Position numbers and translations under genes: made by a program | In this document: one piece after another, positions 35,848-45,296 of the stretch | Layout: every line of letters starts with the position of its first letter | How positions within the stretch are numbered: the stretch's first letter is position 1 | DNA from: Kiloniellales bacterium | Lineage (GTDB): Bacteria; Pseudomonadota; Alphaproteobacteria; Kiloniellales; JAKSDN01 | DNA length: 64,000 bases | Assembly: GCA_030064845.1 (NCBI GenBank) | Contig: JASJEC010000002.1 | Span: 62,781 to 126,780, forward strand | Direction: 5' to 3' | Notes under the pieces: generated by a model | Database searches by the model: none | Seen by the model: the letters and a program-made list of their open reading frames with translations, nothing else | What the model was told of the DNA's origin: nothing

Positions 35848-36540
35848 ATGAAGCCGATGATATTGGTGGTCGAGGACGAGAACGCGCTCGTCACCCTCCT
35901 GCACTACAACCTGGAGCGCGAAGGTTTCCGGGTCGTCTCCGCGAGCGACGGCGAGGAAGCCCTGATCGTCGCCAAGGAGGAGACGCCGGACCTCATCCTG
36001 CTGGATTGGATGCTGCCCCTGATGTCGGGCGTCGAAGTCTGCCGCCGCATGCGCCGCATGCCCGATCTGGGCGACACGCCGATCATCATGCTGACCGCGC
36101 GCGGCGAGGAGAGCGACAAGGTGCGCGGTCTGGAAAGCGGGGCCGACGACTACGTCACCAAGCCCTTCTCGCCGGCCGAGCTGATCGCGCGGATCCGGGC
36201 CGCCCTGCGCCGCACCCAGCCGGGCCTGACCTCGGAGGTTCTGGTGTTCGAGGATCTGATCATGGACCTCTCGACGCACCGGGTGGAGCGCGGCGGGCGG
36301 AAGGTCCATCTGGGACCGACCGAGTTCCGCCTGCTGCGTCATCTCCTGCAGCATCCAGGACGGGTGTTCAGCCGGGAACAGCTGCTCGACGCGGTCTGGG
36401 GCCGCAACGTCTATGTCGAGCTGCGCACGGTGGACGTGCACATCCGGCGCCTCCGCAAGGCAATCAACGCCGGGGAGCAGATCGACCTGATCCGCACCGT
36501 GCGCTCCGCCGGCTACGCGCTCGACCGGCCGGAGCTTTAG
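35848..36540 (+). CDS. phoB: phosphate regulon response regulator PhoB
   Basis: ATG 35848 (MKPMILVVEDE...) is preferred over the GTG at 35827. It has a receiver domain plus an OmpR/PhoB winged helix (RTVDVHIRRLRKAI...IRTVRSAGYAL). Confidence 0.9.
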   Translation: MKPMILVVEDENALVTLLHYNLEREGFRVVSASDGEEALIVAKEETPDLILLDWMLPLMSGVEVCRRMRRMPDLGDTPIIMLTARGEESDKVRGLESGADDYVTKPFSPAELIARIRAALRRTQPGLTSEVLVFEDLIMDLSTHRVERGGRKVHLGPTEFRLLRHLLQHPGRVFSREQLLDAVWGRNVYVELRTVDVHIRRLRKAINAGEQIDLIRTVRSAGYALDRPEL

Positions 36541-37049
36541 GCGCCGAGCCGCGCCCGGTAGGCCTGCTCCGCCTCATCGCCGAAGACCGCGAAGATCACA
36601 CGCTCGATACCCTGCTCTTCGGAAAGCCAGACCTCGACTTCGGTCACCGCGATGTCGGTCGCCTGGTCCAGGGGAAAGCCGTAGATACCGGTCGAGATCG
36701 CCGGAAAGGCGATCGAGGCAATGCCGCTCTCCCGGGCCAGCTCCAGGCAATTGCGGTAGCACTCGGCCAGCAGGGCCGGCTCCTTCTCGCCGCCGCCGCG
36801 CCAGACCGGGCCGACGGCGTGAATCACGTGATTGGCCGGGAGCTCGAACCCCGGCGTGATGCGCGCCTCGCCGGTCGGGCAGCGGCCGATCTTTCCGCAG
36901 GCGCGGGCCAGCTCCAGGCCGGCGGCGCGGTGGATCGCGCCGCAGACACCGCCGCCGGGCGCCAGGCGCTCGTTGGCCGCGTTGACGATGGCGTCGACCG
37001 CCAGCGTGGTGATGTCGCCGGCGAAGATCTCGATGCGCGGATCGCTCAT
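36537..37049 (-). CDS. macrodomain protein (O-acetyl-ADP-ribose deacetylase, YmdB-like)
   Basis: 170 aa. GDITTLAVDAIVNAAN...GGGVCGAIHRAAG...IAFPAISTGIYGFP is the macro-domain signature. Confidence 0.85.
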   Translation of the reverse strand: MSDPRIEIFAGDITTLAVDAIVNAANERLAPGGGVCGAIHRAAGLELARACGKIGRCPTGEARITPGFELPANHVIHAVGPVWRGGGEKEPALLAECYRNCLELARESGIASIAFPAISTGIYGFPLDQATDIAVTEVEVWLSEEQGIERVIFAVFGDEAEQAYRARLGA

Positions 37050-38431
37050 GATGCCTCGCTTACCCGCTCGGCCCGCCGCAGGGCGACGAAGAGCACCAGC
37101 AGGATCGCCGGCAGCCCCAGGGCCGCGGCGTAGCTGAAGAAGAAGACGTAGCCCTGGGCGTCGACGATGATACCGGAAAAGCCGCCGAGCAGCTTGCCCG
37201 GAAGGGTGAAGAGCGACGAGAACAGGGCATACTGGGTCGCCGTGTAGGCCGTGTTGGTCAGGCTGGAAAGATAGGCGATGAAGACGGAGCCGGCCAGGCC
37301 GCCCGCCAGGTTGTCGGCGCTGATGGTCAGCACCAGGAGCTCCAGGTCGTAGCCCACGGTCGCCAGGTAGGCGAAGACGAGATTGGTCGCGGCGACCAGG
37401 ATCGCGCCCAGCAGGAGCGGGCGGGCGATCCCGAAGCGGGCGACCAGGAGTCCGCCGAGGAAGGCGCCGACGATGGTCATGCCGAGGCCGTAGATCTTGG
37501 TGATGCTGGCGACCTCGGACTTCGAGAAGCCGAGGTCGTAGTAGAAGGGGTTGGCCATGATGCCCATGGTGATGTCGCTGAGGCGGTAAAGCGCGATCAA
37601 CGCCAGGATCGCCAGCGCCAGGCGCCCGTTGCGGACGAAGAAGTCCACGAAGGGGCTGATCACCGCGCCGGAGAACCAGGCGGCGATGCCGGCCCAGGTG
37701 CCGCCCGCCGCCCCGGCCAGGCGCCGCGAGAGCTCCTGCTCGCGGCGCCGCGTCGCCGCGTCGACCGGCGCCTCGGGCTCGCTGATCAGCAGCACGGTGG
37801 CGAAGCCGACCAGCATGCAGCCGGCCATCACCGCGTAAGCGAAGGGCCAGGAGAAGAACTCCGCCAGATAGAGCGCGCCGGCACCGGCGACCAGCAGCGC
37901 GACGCGGTAGCCCAGCTGATAGGTCGCGGCCATGGCCCCCTGGTAGCCGCGCTCCACCGCCTCGATCCGGTAGGCGTCAATCGAGACGTCCTGGGTCGCG
38001 GCGGAGAAGGCGACCAGAAAGGCGAAGGCCGCCACCCGGAGGACGTGGTCACCGGGATCCGTCAGCGCGATCCCGACCAGGCCGGCAGCGATCCCGATCT
38101 GCCCCAGCAGCATCCAGCTGCGGCGGCGCCCGAGCCGGGCGGTCAGCAGCGGCAGGGGCACGCGGTCGATCACCGGCGCCCAGAGTACCTTGATCGAGAA
38201 GGTGATGCCGACCCAGGAGAAGAAGCCGATCTCGGTCCGGCTTATGCCGGCCTCGCGCAGCCAGAAGGACAGCGTGGAGAAGATCAGCAGGAACGGCAGC
38301 CCGGCCGAGAAGCCGAGGAACAGCATCACCAGAACGCGCGGGTGGCGATAGACCCGGAGGGCCTCGCCCCAATTCCGGGTCTGGCCGCCAGCCGGCTGCT
38401 GAGTCGATAGGGAGTCCTTGCCCACGGTCAT
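37046..38431 (-). CDS. ampG: AmpG-family muropeptide MFS permease
   Basis: 461 aa. LRVYRHPRVLVMLFLGFSAGLPFLLIFSTLSFWLREAGISRTEIGFFSWVG is colinear with the E. coli AmpG N-terminus. The start codon lies inside repeat A copy 2. Confidence 0.8.
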   Translation of the reverse strand: MTVGKDSLSTQQPAGGQTRNWGEALRVYRHPRVLVMLFLGFSAGLPFLLIFSTLSFWLREAGISRTEIGFFSWVGITFSIKVLWAPVIDRVPLPLLTARLGRRRSWMLLGQIGIAAGLVGIALTDPGDHVLRVAAFAFLVAFSAATQDVSIDAYRIEAVERGYQGAMAATYQLGYRVALLVAGAGALYLAEFFSWPFAYAVMAGCMLVGFATVLLISEPEAPVDAATRRREQELSRRLAGAAGGTWAGIAAWFSGAVISPFVDFFVRNGRLALAILALIALYRLSDITMGIMANPFYYDLGFSKSEVASITKIYGLGMTIVGAFLGGLLVARFGIARPLLLGAILVAATNLVFAYLATVGYDLELLVLTISADNLAGGLAGSVFIAYLSSLTNTAYTATQYALFSSLFTLPGKLLGGFSGIIVDAQGYVFFFSYAAALGLPAILLVLFVALRRAERVSEAS

Positions 38432-38506
38432 CCTTCGACAGGCTCAGGATGAGGTGAACTTTTTGATAAGAGTCACCCTCACCCTGAGCCTGTCGAAGGG
38501 TGAGGA
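38415..38506. repeat. palindromic intergenic repeat, family A, copy 2 (inverted orientation)
   Basis: CCTTGCCCACGGTCATCCTTCGACAGGCTCAGGATGAGG ... CACCCTCACCCTGAGCCTGTCGAAGGGTGAGG. It overlaps the first ~6 codons of ampG. Confidence 0.8.
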
Positions 38507-38525
38507 CGCAGAACGCGCAATGGCG

Positions 38526-40355
38526 TCAGCCGGCATCCTTGAGCCGGCTCTGCTTCTTGCGCTCGTGGGGGTCGAGGAGGCGCTTTCTCAGCCGGATCGC
38601 GTCGGGCGTCACCTCGACCAGCTCGTCATCCTCGATATAGGCGATCGCCTGCTCCAGGGACATGGCGCGCGGCGGCGAGAGGCGCACGGCGTCGTCCTTG
38701 CCGGCGGCCCGGATGTTGGTCAGCTGCTTGGCCTTCAGCGGGTTGACCTCGAGATCGGTGCCGCGGCTGTGCTCGCCGATGATCATGCCGCCGTAGACCG
38801 CCGCGCCGGGCTTGATGAAGAGCGGCCCGCGCTCTTCCAGGTTCCACAAGGCATAGGCCACGGCGGCGCCTTGGCTGTTCGAGATCAGCACGCCGTTGCG
38901 CCGGCCCTGGATCGGCCCGCGGTAGGGACCGTAGCTGTGGAACAGCCGGCTCATCACGCCGGTGCCCCGGGTGTCGGTCAGGAACTCTCCCAGGTAGCCG
39001 ATCAGGCCGCGCGACGGCGCCAGGAAGGTGATCCGCACCTTGCCGCCCTCGGAGGGGCGCAGGTCGGTCATCTCGGCGCGGCGCTCGCTCAGCTTCTCGA
39101 CGACCACGCCGGAGTAGGCCTCGTCGACGTCGACCTGGACCTCCTCCAGGGGCTCGAGGCGCTGGCCGCTCGCCGGGTCGGTCTCGAAGATGACCCGCGG
39201 CCGGCTGATCGAGAGCTCGAAGCCCTCGCGCCGCATGGTCTCGATCAGCACCGAGAGCTGCAGCTCGCCGCGCCCGGCGACCTCGAAGGAGTCCTTGTCC
39301 TTGCTCTCCTCGATGCGGATCGCGACGTTGCCCTCGGCCTCGCGCGCCAGGCGGTCGCGCAGCACCCGGCTGGTCAGCTTGCTGCCCGCCTTGCCGGCGA
39401 GCGGCGAGTCGTTGACCGAGAAGGTCATGGCCAGCGTCGGCGGGTCGACCGGCCGCGCGGCGATCGCTTGCGTCACCTCGGGCGCGCAGATCGTGTTCGG
39501 CACCGTGGCGGCGCCCAGGCCGGCCACGGCGATGATGTCGCCCGCCTCGGCCTCCTCGACCGGCGTGCGGGCGAGGCCCCGGTAGGCGAGCAGCTTGGTC
39601 AGCCTCGCCTTTTCGATCTCCTGGCCGTCGGCGCCGAGCACCTTTACCGGCATGTTGACCTTGGCGCGGCCAGCCTGGATGCGGCCGGTCAGGACCCGGC
39701 CGAGATAGGGGTCGTAGTCGAGGATCGAGGCGAGCAGGGCGAAGGGCTCCTCGGGATCGCCCTCTGCCGGCGGCACGACCTCGGCGATGACCTCGAAGAG
39801 CGGATCAAGCGAGTCCCGCGCGCCGTCCAGCTCGCGGATCGCCCAGCCCTGCTTGGCCGAGGCGAAGACGGTCGGAAAGTCGAGCTGCTCGTCGCTCGCG
39901 TCCAGCGCGGCGAAGAGGTCGAAGACCTCGTTCTGCACCTCGTAGGGCCGCCCGTCCGGCCGGTCGACCTTGTTGACCACGACGATCGGGCGGAGGCCCA
40001 AGGCCAGCGCCTTCATGGTGACGAACTTGGTCTGGGGCATGGGGCCCTCGGCCGCGTCGACCAGCAGAAGGACGCCGTCGACCATCGAGAGGATGCGCTC
40101 GACCTCGCCGCCAAAGTCGGCGTGGCCCGGCGTGTCGACGATGTTGATGCGCAGGTCGTTCCACAGGATGGAGGTGCACTTGGCGAGGATCGTGATGCCG
40201 CGCTCGCGCTCGAGGTCGTTACTGTCCAGCGCCCGCTCGTCGACCGCCTGGTTCTCGCGGATCGCGCCGGACTGGCGCAGCAGGGCGTCGACCAGGGTGG
40301 TCTTGCCATGGTCGACGTGGGCGATGATCGCCAGGTTGCGGACCGCGTCGGTCAT
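38526..40355 (-). CDS. typA: translational GTPase TypA/BipA
   Basis: Start at ATG 40355, 609 aa. [20 protein letters not shown] and [14 protein letters not shown] are present. Confidence 0.95.
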   Translation of the reverse strand: MTDAVRNLAIIAHVDHGKTTLVDALLRQSGAIRENQAVDERALDSNDLERERGITILAKCTSILWNDLRINIVDTPGHADFGGEVERILSMVDGVLLLVDAAEGPMPQTKFVTMKALALGLRPIVVVNKVDRPDGRPYEVQNEVFDLFAALDASDEQLDFPTVFASAKQGWAIRELDGARDSLDPLFEVIAEVVPPAEGDPEEPFALLASILDYDPYLGRVLTGRIQAGRAKVNMPVKVLGADGQEIEKARLTKLLAYRGLARTPVEEAEAGDIIAVAGLGAATVPNTICAPEVTQAIAARPVDPPTLAMTFSVNDSPLAGKAGSKLTSRVLRDRLAREAEGNVAIRIEESKDKDSFEVAGRGELQLSVLIETMRREGFELSISRPRVIFETDPASGQRLEPLEEVQVDVDEAYSGVVVEKLSERRAEMTDLRPSEGGKVRITFLAPSRGLIGYLGEFLTDTRGTGVMSRLFHSYGPYRGPIQGRRNGVLISNSQGAAVAYALWNLEERGPLFIKPGAAVYGGMIIGEHSRGTDLEVNPLKAKQLTNIRAAGKDDAVRLSPPRAMSLEQAIAYIEDDELVEVTPDAIRLRKRLLDPHERKKQSRLKDAG

Positions 40356-40369
40356 CGCCGTTCCCTTGT

Positions 40370-41362
40370 TTAGAGGCCGCGCTCGACCACCAGCTCGGCC
40401 AGAGGACGCTCGGGCCGTGCGCCGAAGTGGGAGATCACCTCGGCGGCGGCCAGGGCGCCGAGGCGGGCGCAGTCGCCGACCGGCTTGCCCCTGACGAAGC
40501 CGAACAGGAAGCCGCTGGCGAAGAGGTCGCCGGCGCCCGTGGTGTCGACCAGATGGTCGACCGCGTCCGCCGACACGGACTCGATGTGGTCGCCCTGCAG
40601 AACCACGGCGCCCTTCTCGCTGCGGGTCAGGACCGCCAGCTCGCAGCGGCCGCGCAGCGCCGCCAGCGCCTCGTCGAAGCTGCCCACCTTGTAGAGCGAG
40701 GCGATCTCCTGCTCGTTGGCGAACAGCAGGTCGATATGGCCGTCGACCAGGTCGCGGAACTCGTCGCGGTGGCGGTCGACGCAGAAGGGGTCCGACAGGG
40801 TGAGGGCGACCTTTCGGCCGGCCTCGTGGGCCACCTCGGCGGCCTTGACGAAGGCCTCCTTGGCCCGGGGCGGGTCCCAGAGATAGCCCTCCAGGTAGGT
40901 CACCTTGGCGCCCGCCACGGTCTCCTCGTCGATGTCCTCGGGGCCCAGCCCGACGCTGGCGCCCAGGAAGGTGCCCATGGTCCGCTGGGCGTCGGGCGTC
41001 ACGAAGATCAGGCAACGCGCGGTCGGCGCGCCCTCGGTGGCGGCCGGCGTGTCGAAGGCGACGCCGGCGGCGCGGATGTCGTGGCCGAAGATCCCGCCCA
41101 GCTGGTCGTTTCGAACCTTGCCGATGAAGGCCGCCTGCCCGCCCAGCGAGGCCAGACCGGCCATGGTGTTGGCCGCCGAGCCGCCGGAGATCTCCCGGGC
41201 CGGGCCCATGGCGCCGTAGAGCGCCTCGGCGCGCGGTCCGTCGATCAGGGTCATGGCGCCCTTGGGCAGGCCCTGCGCTTCGAGCAGCGCGTCATCGGCC
41301 TGGCTCAGGACGTCGACGATGGCGTTCCCGATCCCGACGACGTCGGCGGCGCGGTCGTTCAT
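40370..41362 (-). CDS. PfkB-family adenosine kinase-like sugar/nucleoside kinase
   Basis: 330 aa. [13 protein letters not shown] and the C-terminal [16 protein letters not shown] (PfkB signature 2) are present. Confidence 0.75.
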   Translation of the reverse strand: MNDRAADVVGIGNAIVDVLSQADDALLEAQGLPKGAMTLIDGPRAEALYGAMGPAREISGGSAANTMAGLASLGGQAAFIGKVRNDQLGGIFGHDIRAAGVAFDTPAATEGAPTARCLIFVTPDAQRTMGTFLGASVGLGPEDIDEETVAGAKVTYLEGYLWDPPRAKEAFVKAAEVAHEAGRKVALTLSDPFCVDRHRDEFRDLVDGHIDLLFANEQEIASLYKVGSFDEALAALRGRCELAVLTRSEKGAVVLQGDHIESVSADAVDHLVDTTGAGDLFASGFLFGFVRGKPVGDCARLGALAAAEVISHFGARPERPLAELVVERGL

Positions 41363-41497
41363 GATGGCGTTCCGTTATCGGCTGATGGCTCGGCCGGGAG
41401 TATAATGCGGCGTGTCGCGGCGGCAAGGACCCGCGCGCGGCCGTGCGACTTCTCCGTTCTTGCCCGGCGGCCGACCGCGGGCTACATCAGGCACGCC

Positions 41498-42214
41498 ATG
41501 TTCGCCGCCCTCAGCAAAGCCTTCGCCCAGCTTTCCGACCCGGCCTTCCGCGGCGTCATGCTGCGCGGCCTCGTCTTCTCCGCCATCCTCTTCATCATCG
41601 TCTGGATCCTCGCCTGGTGGGGCCTGACCTGGGCAGAGTCCGCGCTGTCCGACTGGCTGGCCAGCGACTCCTGGCTGGCCGACGTGGTCAGCTGGCTGTT
41701 CGCCGCGGCCGGGATCGCCGGCGTGCTAATCGCCAGCTTTCTTCTATTCCCGGCGGTCACCACGATCATGGTGAGCTTCCTGCTCGACGACATCGCGGAA
41801 GCGGTCGAGCGCCGGCACTATCCAGGCCTGCCGCCAGCCCGGGAACCACCTCTGGTGGAGAGTCTGCGCGGCGCCCTGGGCTTCGCCGGCGTGACGATCC
41901 TGCTCAACCTGCTGGCCCTGCCGTTCTACCTCGTGCTGATGCTGCTGCCGCCAGCTAATCTTTTTGTATTCTATCTGCTCAACGGCTATCTTCTCGGTCG
42001 GGAGTACTACGAGCTGGTGTCGATACGGCGAATGGAGTCGCGGGACTCCACGAGGTTGCGCCGGCAGTTTCGCGGAAAGGTTTTTCTTGCGGGGGTTGTT
42101 ATCGCCTTTCTTCTGAGCCTGCCGATCATCAATCTGATCACGCCGATCGTCGCGACCGGTTTCATGGTGCACCTCTTCGAGACCATGCGGCAGCGGGGCG
42201 CGGCGTCGACATGA
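41498..42214 (+). CDS. EI24/CysZ-like (DUF540) membrane protein
   Basis: 238 aa from ATG 41498. It has 4-5 TM segments. LPPANLFVFYLLNGYLLGREYYELV resembles the EI24 family motif. Confidence 0.6.
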   Translation: MFAALSKAFAQLSDPAFRGVMLRGLVFSAILFIIVWILAWWGLTWAESALSDWLASDSWLADVVSWLFAAAGIAGVLIASFLLFPAVTTIMVSFLLDDIAEAVERRHYPGLPPAREPPLVESLRGALGFAGVTILLNLLALPFYLVLMLLPPANLFVFYLLNGYLLGREYYELVSIRRMESRDSTRLRRQFRGKVFLAGVVIAFLLSLPIINLITPIVATGFMVHLFETMRQRGAAST

Positions 42215-42261
42215 CACGGGACCCGGAACGCCGCGGCAACGCCGAAACGAAAGAGCAGGGC

Positions 42262-43038
42262 ATGTTCGGCAAGCGCAACTCCCCGAACGCTTCAAGCGGC
42301 AGGCAGACAGATATGCGACCCTCCTCCGGCAAGACCGGCGCGGCCTCGGGACAGGCAACGGGGACCGACCGGTCCTCGGCCCGTACGAAGGCCGTGTCGC
42401 CGGCGCCCTACGATGCGCCGCGGCGCGTCTCCGACTACGCGCTACCCGGTTCCCGCGGCGAGTTCTCGCAAGGCCGGCCCACCGAGAGCCGAAAGCTCGT
42501 CGTCGGGCGGGACATCGCTCTGGCCGGCGAGATCAAGTCCTGCGAGTTGCTGGTCGTCGAAGGCCTGGTCGAAGCCGACCTCAAGGGCTGCCGCCTGCTT
42601 CAGATCGGCGAGACCGGCGTGTTCAAAGGCTCGGCCGAGGTCGCCCAGGCCGAGATCAGCGGCCGCTTCGAGGGCGATCTGACCGTCACGGACCGCCTCT
42701 TCCTGCGCGCCACGGGGCACATCGTCGGCACCCTGGGCTACAACGAGATGGAGGTCGAGCGGGGCGGCAAGATGTCCGGCTCGATCGACGAACTGACCGA
42801 GGCGCCGGGCCGCGCGAAGGCGCGCCGAACCGCGCCGGGCCAGGCCGAAGCAGCGCCTGCCCCGCGCGAAGAGGTCCGGCCGGAGGCGGCGCGTCAGGAA
42901 CCGGCGCCCCAGGAGCAGCGGACGGCGACGGCGCGGCCCGAGCCGGCGCGTCAGAGTCCTCCGCGGGAGCCGGCGCAACGCACGCAGGCCCGGGCGGAAC
43001 CCGCCGAAGCCGAGGCGCCGCGGAAGAGCGCCGTCTAG
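42262..43038 (+). CDS. bactofilin-family cytoskeletal protein with Pro/Arg/Gln-rich tail
   Basis: ATG 42262 is preferred. The beta-helical core reads VVGRDIALAGEIKSCELLVVEGLVEADLKGCRLLQIGETGVFKGSAEVAQAEISGRFEGDLTV. A low-complexity tail follows. Confidence 0.8.
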   Translation: MFGKRNSPNASSGRQTDMRPSSGKTGAASGQATGTDRSSARTKAVSPAPYDAPRRVSDYALPGSRGEFSQGRPTESRKLVVGRDIALAGEIKSCELLVVEGLVEADLKGCRLLQIGETGVFKGSAEVAQAEISGRFEGDLTVTDRLFLRATGHIVGTLGYNEMEVERGGKMSGSIDELTEAPGRAKARRTAPGQAEAAPAPREEVRPEAARQEPAPQEQRTATARPEPARQSPPREPAQRTQARAEPAEAEAPRKSAV

Positions 43039-43065
43039 CAGGATGCTGGAATGGTGCCTCGTTGG

Positions 43066-43159
43066 CACCATCACCCTTCGACGAGCTCAGGGTGAGGGCG
43101 ACATGTTTCAATCACTTACCCTCATCCTGAGCTTGTCGAAGGATGACCGTGATCAAGGG
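43066..43159. repeat. palindromic intergenic repeat, family A, copy 3
   Basis: CACCCTTCGACGAGCTCAGGGTGAGG ... CCTCATCCTGAGCTTGTCGAAGGATGACCGTGATCAAGGG. The last 40 nt are identical to copy 1. Confidence 0.85.
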
Positions 43160-43253
43160 TTTGGGAGTTTGTGAATTGAGATCGCGCCGAAGCGGGATAC
43201 CCGGGCCGGCTTTAGGTTTTCTCAAGGGCTTTCGGACCTAAACTGCGTCGTCC

Positions 43254-43793
43254 ATGGATTCTGCTGAAAAGGGCTCCGGCGTGAAAGCACCCTCGAGCTT
43301 ACCCCTGCTATTCAGCCGCACCGCCCCTTGGCGCTTCGGCGCGGCCGCCCTCGGGCTGATGCTGATGGCCGGCTGCGCGGCCACGGAGTCCGGCCCGTCC
43401 GATCAGCGCGGAGCCGACTTCGAGAGCGCCGTGCCAGCCGTGCCGCCGAAGCTGACGGAAAACAAGGCGGCCTCGAGGGACTCCGGCGCGGGCGAGACCG
43501 GCGGCCGGACCGGCGCGGCGGCCCTCGACGGGGATCCGGAGCGCCTGATCGGCCTGGGAAGCCAGGGCATCTTCACCCTCCTTGGCGAACCCGAGCTGAT
43601 CCGGCGGGAGTCCCCGGCGCAGGTCTGGCAATATCAGGGCCCGGCCTGCGTCTTCGACGTGGTGCTCTACCAGCGCGACGGCGTCGAGTCGGTGACCTAC
43701 GTCGAGGCGCGCGACAGCCAAGGCAACAAGACAGCCGCCCGGTCCTGCTTCAACGAACTGCTGCGCGCTCGCCAGCTTTCCGCGGCGGGGTAA
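43254..43793 (+). CDS. hypothetical lipoprotein
   Basis: 179 aa with a signal peptide and lipobox LMAGC. I recognise no family. Confidence 0.5.
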   Translation: MDSAEKGSGVKAPSSLPLLFSRTAPWRFGAAALGLMLMAGCAATESGPSDQRGADFESAVPAVPPKLTENKAASRDSGAGETGGRTGAAALDGDPERLIGLGSQGIFTLLGEPELIRRESPAQVWQYQGPACVFDVVLYQRDGVESVTYVEARDSQGNKTAARSCFNELLRARQLSAAG

Positions 43794-43811
43794 AGGCCCC
43801 CTCGCCTCCGC

Positions 43812-44939
43812 TCACTCGGGCAACGACGGCGCCGAGCGGAACTGCAGGATCTCGATCGGCACCACGTCCACTTCGATGACCACGGGCTCGCCGATGTCCT
43901 GCTCGACGATCCGGCGGAACTCGTCGAGCCGCGCCTGCGCGTCTTCCAGGTTCTCCCGACTCGCGAACATGTCGATCGTCACGTAGAGGACGCCGACCCG
44001 GTAGGAGACGTGGATCCGATCGATCTTCGCCATCGCCATATTGGAGAAGGCGTCGGCGTCTTGGCTCGCGCCCTTGACGAAGAGGCGCACGACCCGGTTC
44101 TCCACGTAGATTTCGTGCAGCGCGCCGCCGAGCGCCGGCATGAGCATGAAGGAGCCGATGGCGATGCCGACGACCAGCAGAAGCGCCTTCTGCCAGTTGC
44201 CGTATCTCTGGGCGACGAAGACCAGGGCCGCCACCAGCAGGATGCCGATGAAGTTGGCGATGAACAGCAGGAAGGCGCCGGCCGCGATGTCGGCGCCGCC
44301 CGAGTAGAGGCCGAACTCGCTCAACGAGAGCCCGGTCTCGGTGGTCGCCTTGCTCCCGAGGGAGAGCCCGATGCCGGTCACCGCCAGGGGCGGCACCAGA
44401 GCGACCGCGATCGCGACGCCGGCGATCGAGTTGGCGATGCTCGGGCGGGTCTGGGCGAAAGCGCCGGCACAGCCCGCCGCGAGGGCGACGCCGAAGTCCA
44501 GGTAGGACGGCGAGGTTCGGGCGAGAATCTCGGAGCCGGCGATCCGCACCCCGAAGAACTCCACGCCGAGATAGGCGATCGCGACCACGACCAGGGAACC
44601 GGCGACCACGGTCAGCATCGAGAGGACGATGAGTTTCCGGTCGGCGCAGGCGATCCCGAAGGCGGCGCTGACGATCGGGGCCATCAGCGGCGCGATGATC
44701 ATCGCGCCGATGATCGCGGGCGCGCTGTCCGCGAAGAGCCCGAGGGTTGCGATGGTCCCGCTGAGCCCGAGCATCAGGAAGAAGCCGAGCGACGGGATCG
44801 CGTTCTTGTACATCAAGAACGTGAGGTCTTCGGCCGGGACGTGATCCTCGAGGTAGGGCCGCCAGCCCGCCGTGAAGCGCCACGCCGTGCGCTTCAGGGG
44901 CACCCAGAGCCGACGGACCTGCGTGCTCGATCTGCTCAT
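43812..44939 (-). CDS. DUF389-family (TIGR00341-like) integral membrane protein
   Basis: 375 aa. The repeated hydrophobic core contains APIIGAMIIAPLMAPI and AGVAIAVALVPPLAVTGIGL. A soluble C-terminal domain follows. Confidence 0.65.
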   Translation of the reverse strand: MSRSSTQVRRLWVPLKRTAWRFTAGWRPYLEDHVPAEDLTFLMYKNAIPSLGFFLMLGLSGTIATLGLFADSAPAIIGAMIIAPLMAPIVSAAFGIACADRKLIVLSMLTVVAGSLVVVAIAYLGVEFFGVRIAGSEILARTSPSYLDFGVALAAGCAGAFAQTRPSIANSIAGVAIAVALVPPLAVTGIGLSLGSKATTETGLSLSEFGLYSGGADIAAGAFLLFIANFIGILLVAALVFVAQRYGNWQKALLLVVGIAIGSFMLMPALGGALHEIYVENRVVRLFVKGASQDADAFSNMAMAKIDRIHVSYRVGVLYVTIDMFASRENLEDAQARLDEFRRIVEQDIGEPVVIEVDVVPIEILQFRSAPSLPE

Positions 44940-45208
44940 GCGCGGGGTCCCTGGAAGTGATCGCTGTGTCGCTTGTCGACGAACGCCATCCTTATGCCAG
45001 GCTCTGTTTGGTCCACCATGTCGAGAGCGTCGCGCCCGGAACTTGGCGCCAGATGGCTGCGCGGGGGCGGGGCGACATGAGTCGGGGATAGTCTCTTGTC
45101 ATCCGGCTCTAAACAAATGGTGAAGAAGGGGTGAAAGCGGCGCGGCGAAAGGAATCAGACGGGGCCCGTCATGTCCACTCAATAAAGCGTCACCGCCCGG
45201 GCTGCGTT

Positions 45209-45293
45209 CTGTAGAGCGGATCGATATCGAGCGGATTCACATGTCTTTGTCGAAATCGCGAAGCGTTTCCGTCAAAACATGATCCGCTCTAGG
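45209..45293. repeat. palindromic intergenic repeat, family C, copy 1
   Basis: TAGAGCGGATC (45212-45222) pairs with GATCCGCTCTA (45281-45291). An internal GAGCGGATTCACATG is shared with copy 2. Confidence 0.75.
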
Positions 45294-45296
45294 ATC

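Noticed and set aside
44940-45208. 269-nt ORF-free stretch upstream of the DUF389-like gene as a possible sRNA or riboswitch
   Set aside because: I could find no convincing stem-loop/terminator pair, known riboswitch core or repeat in it by eye. It is left unannotated.
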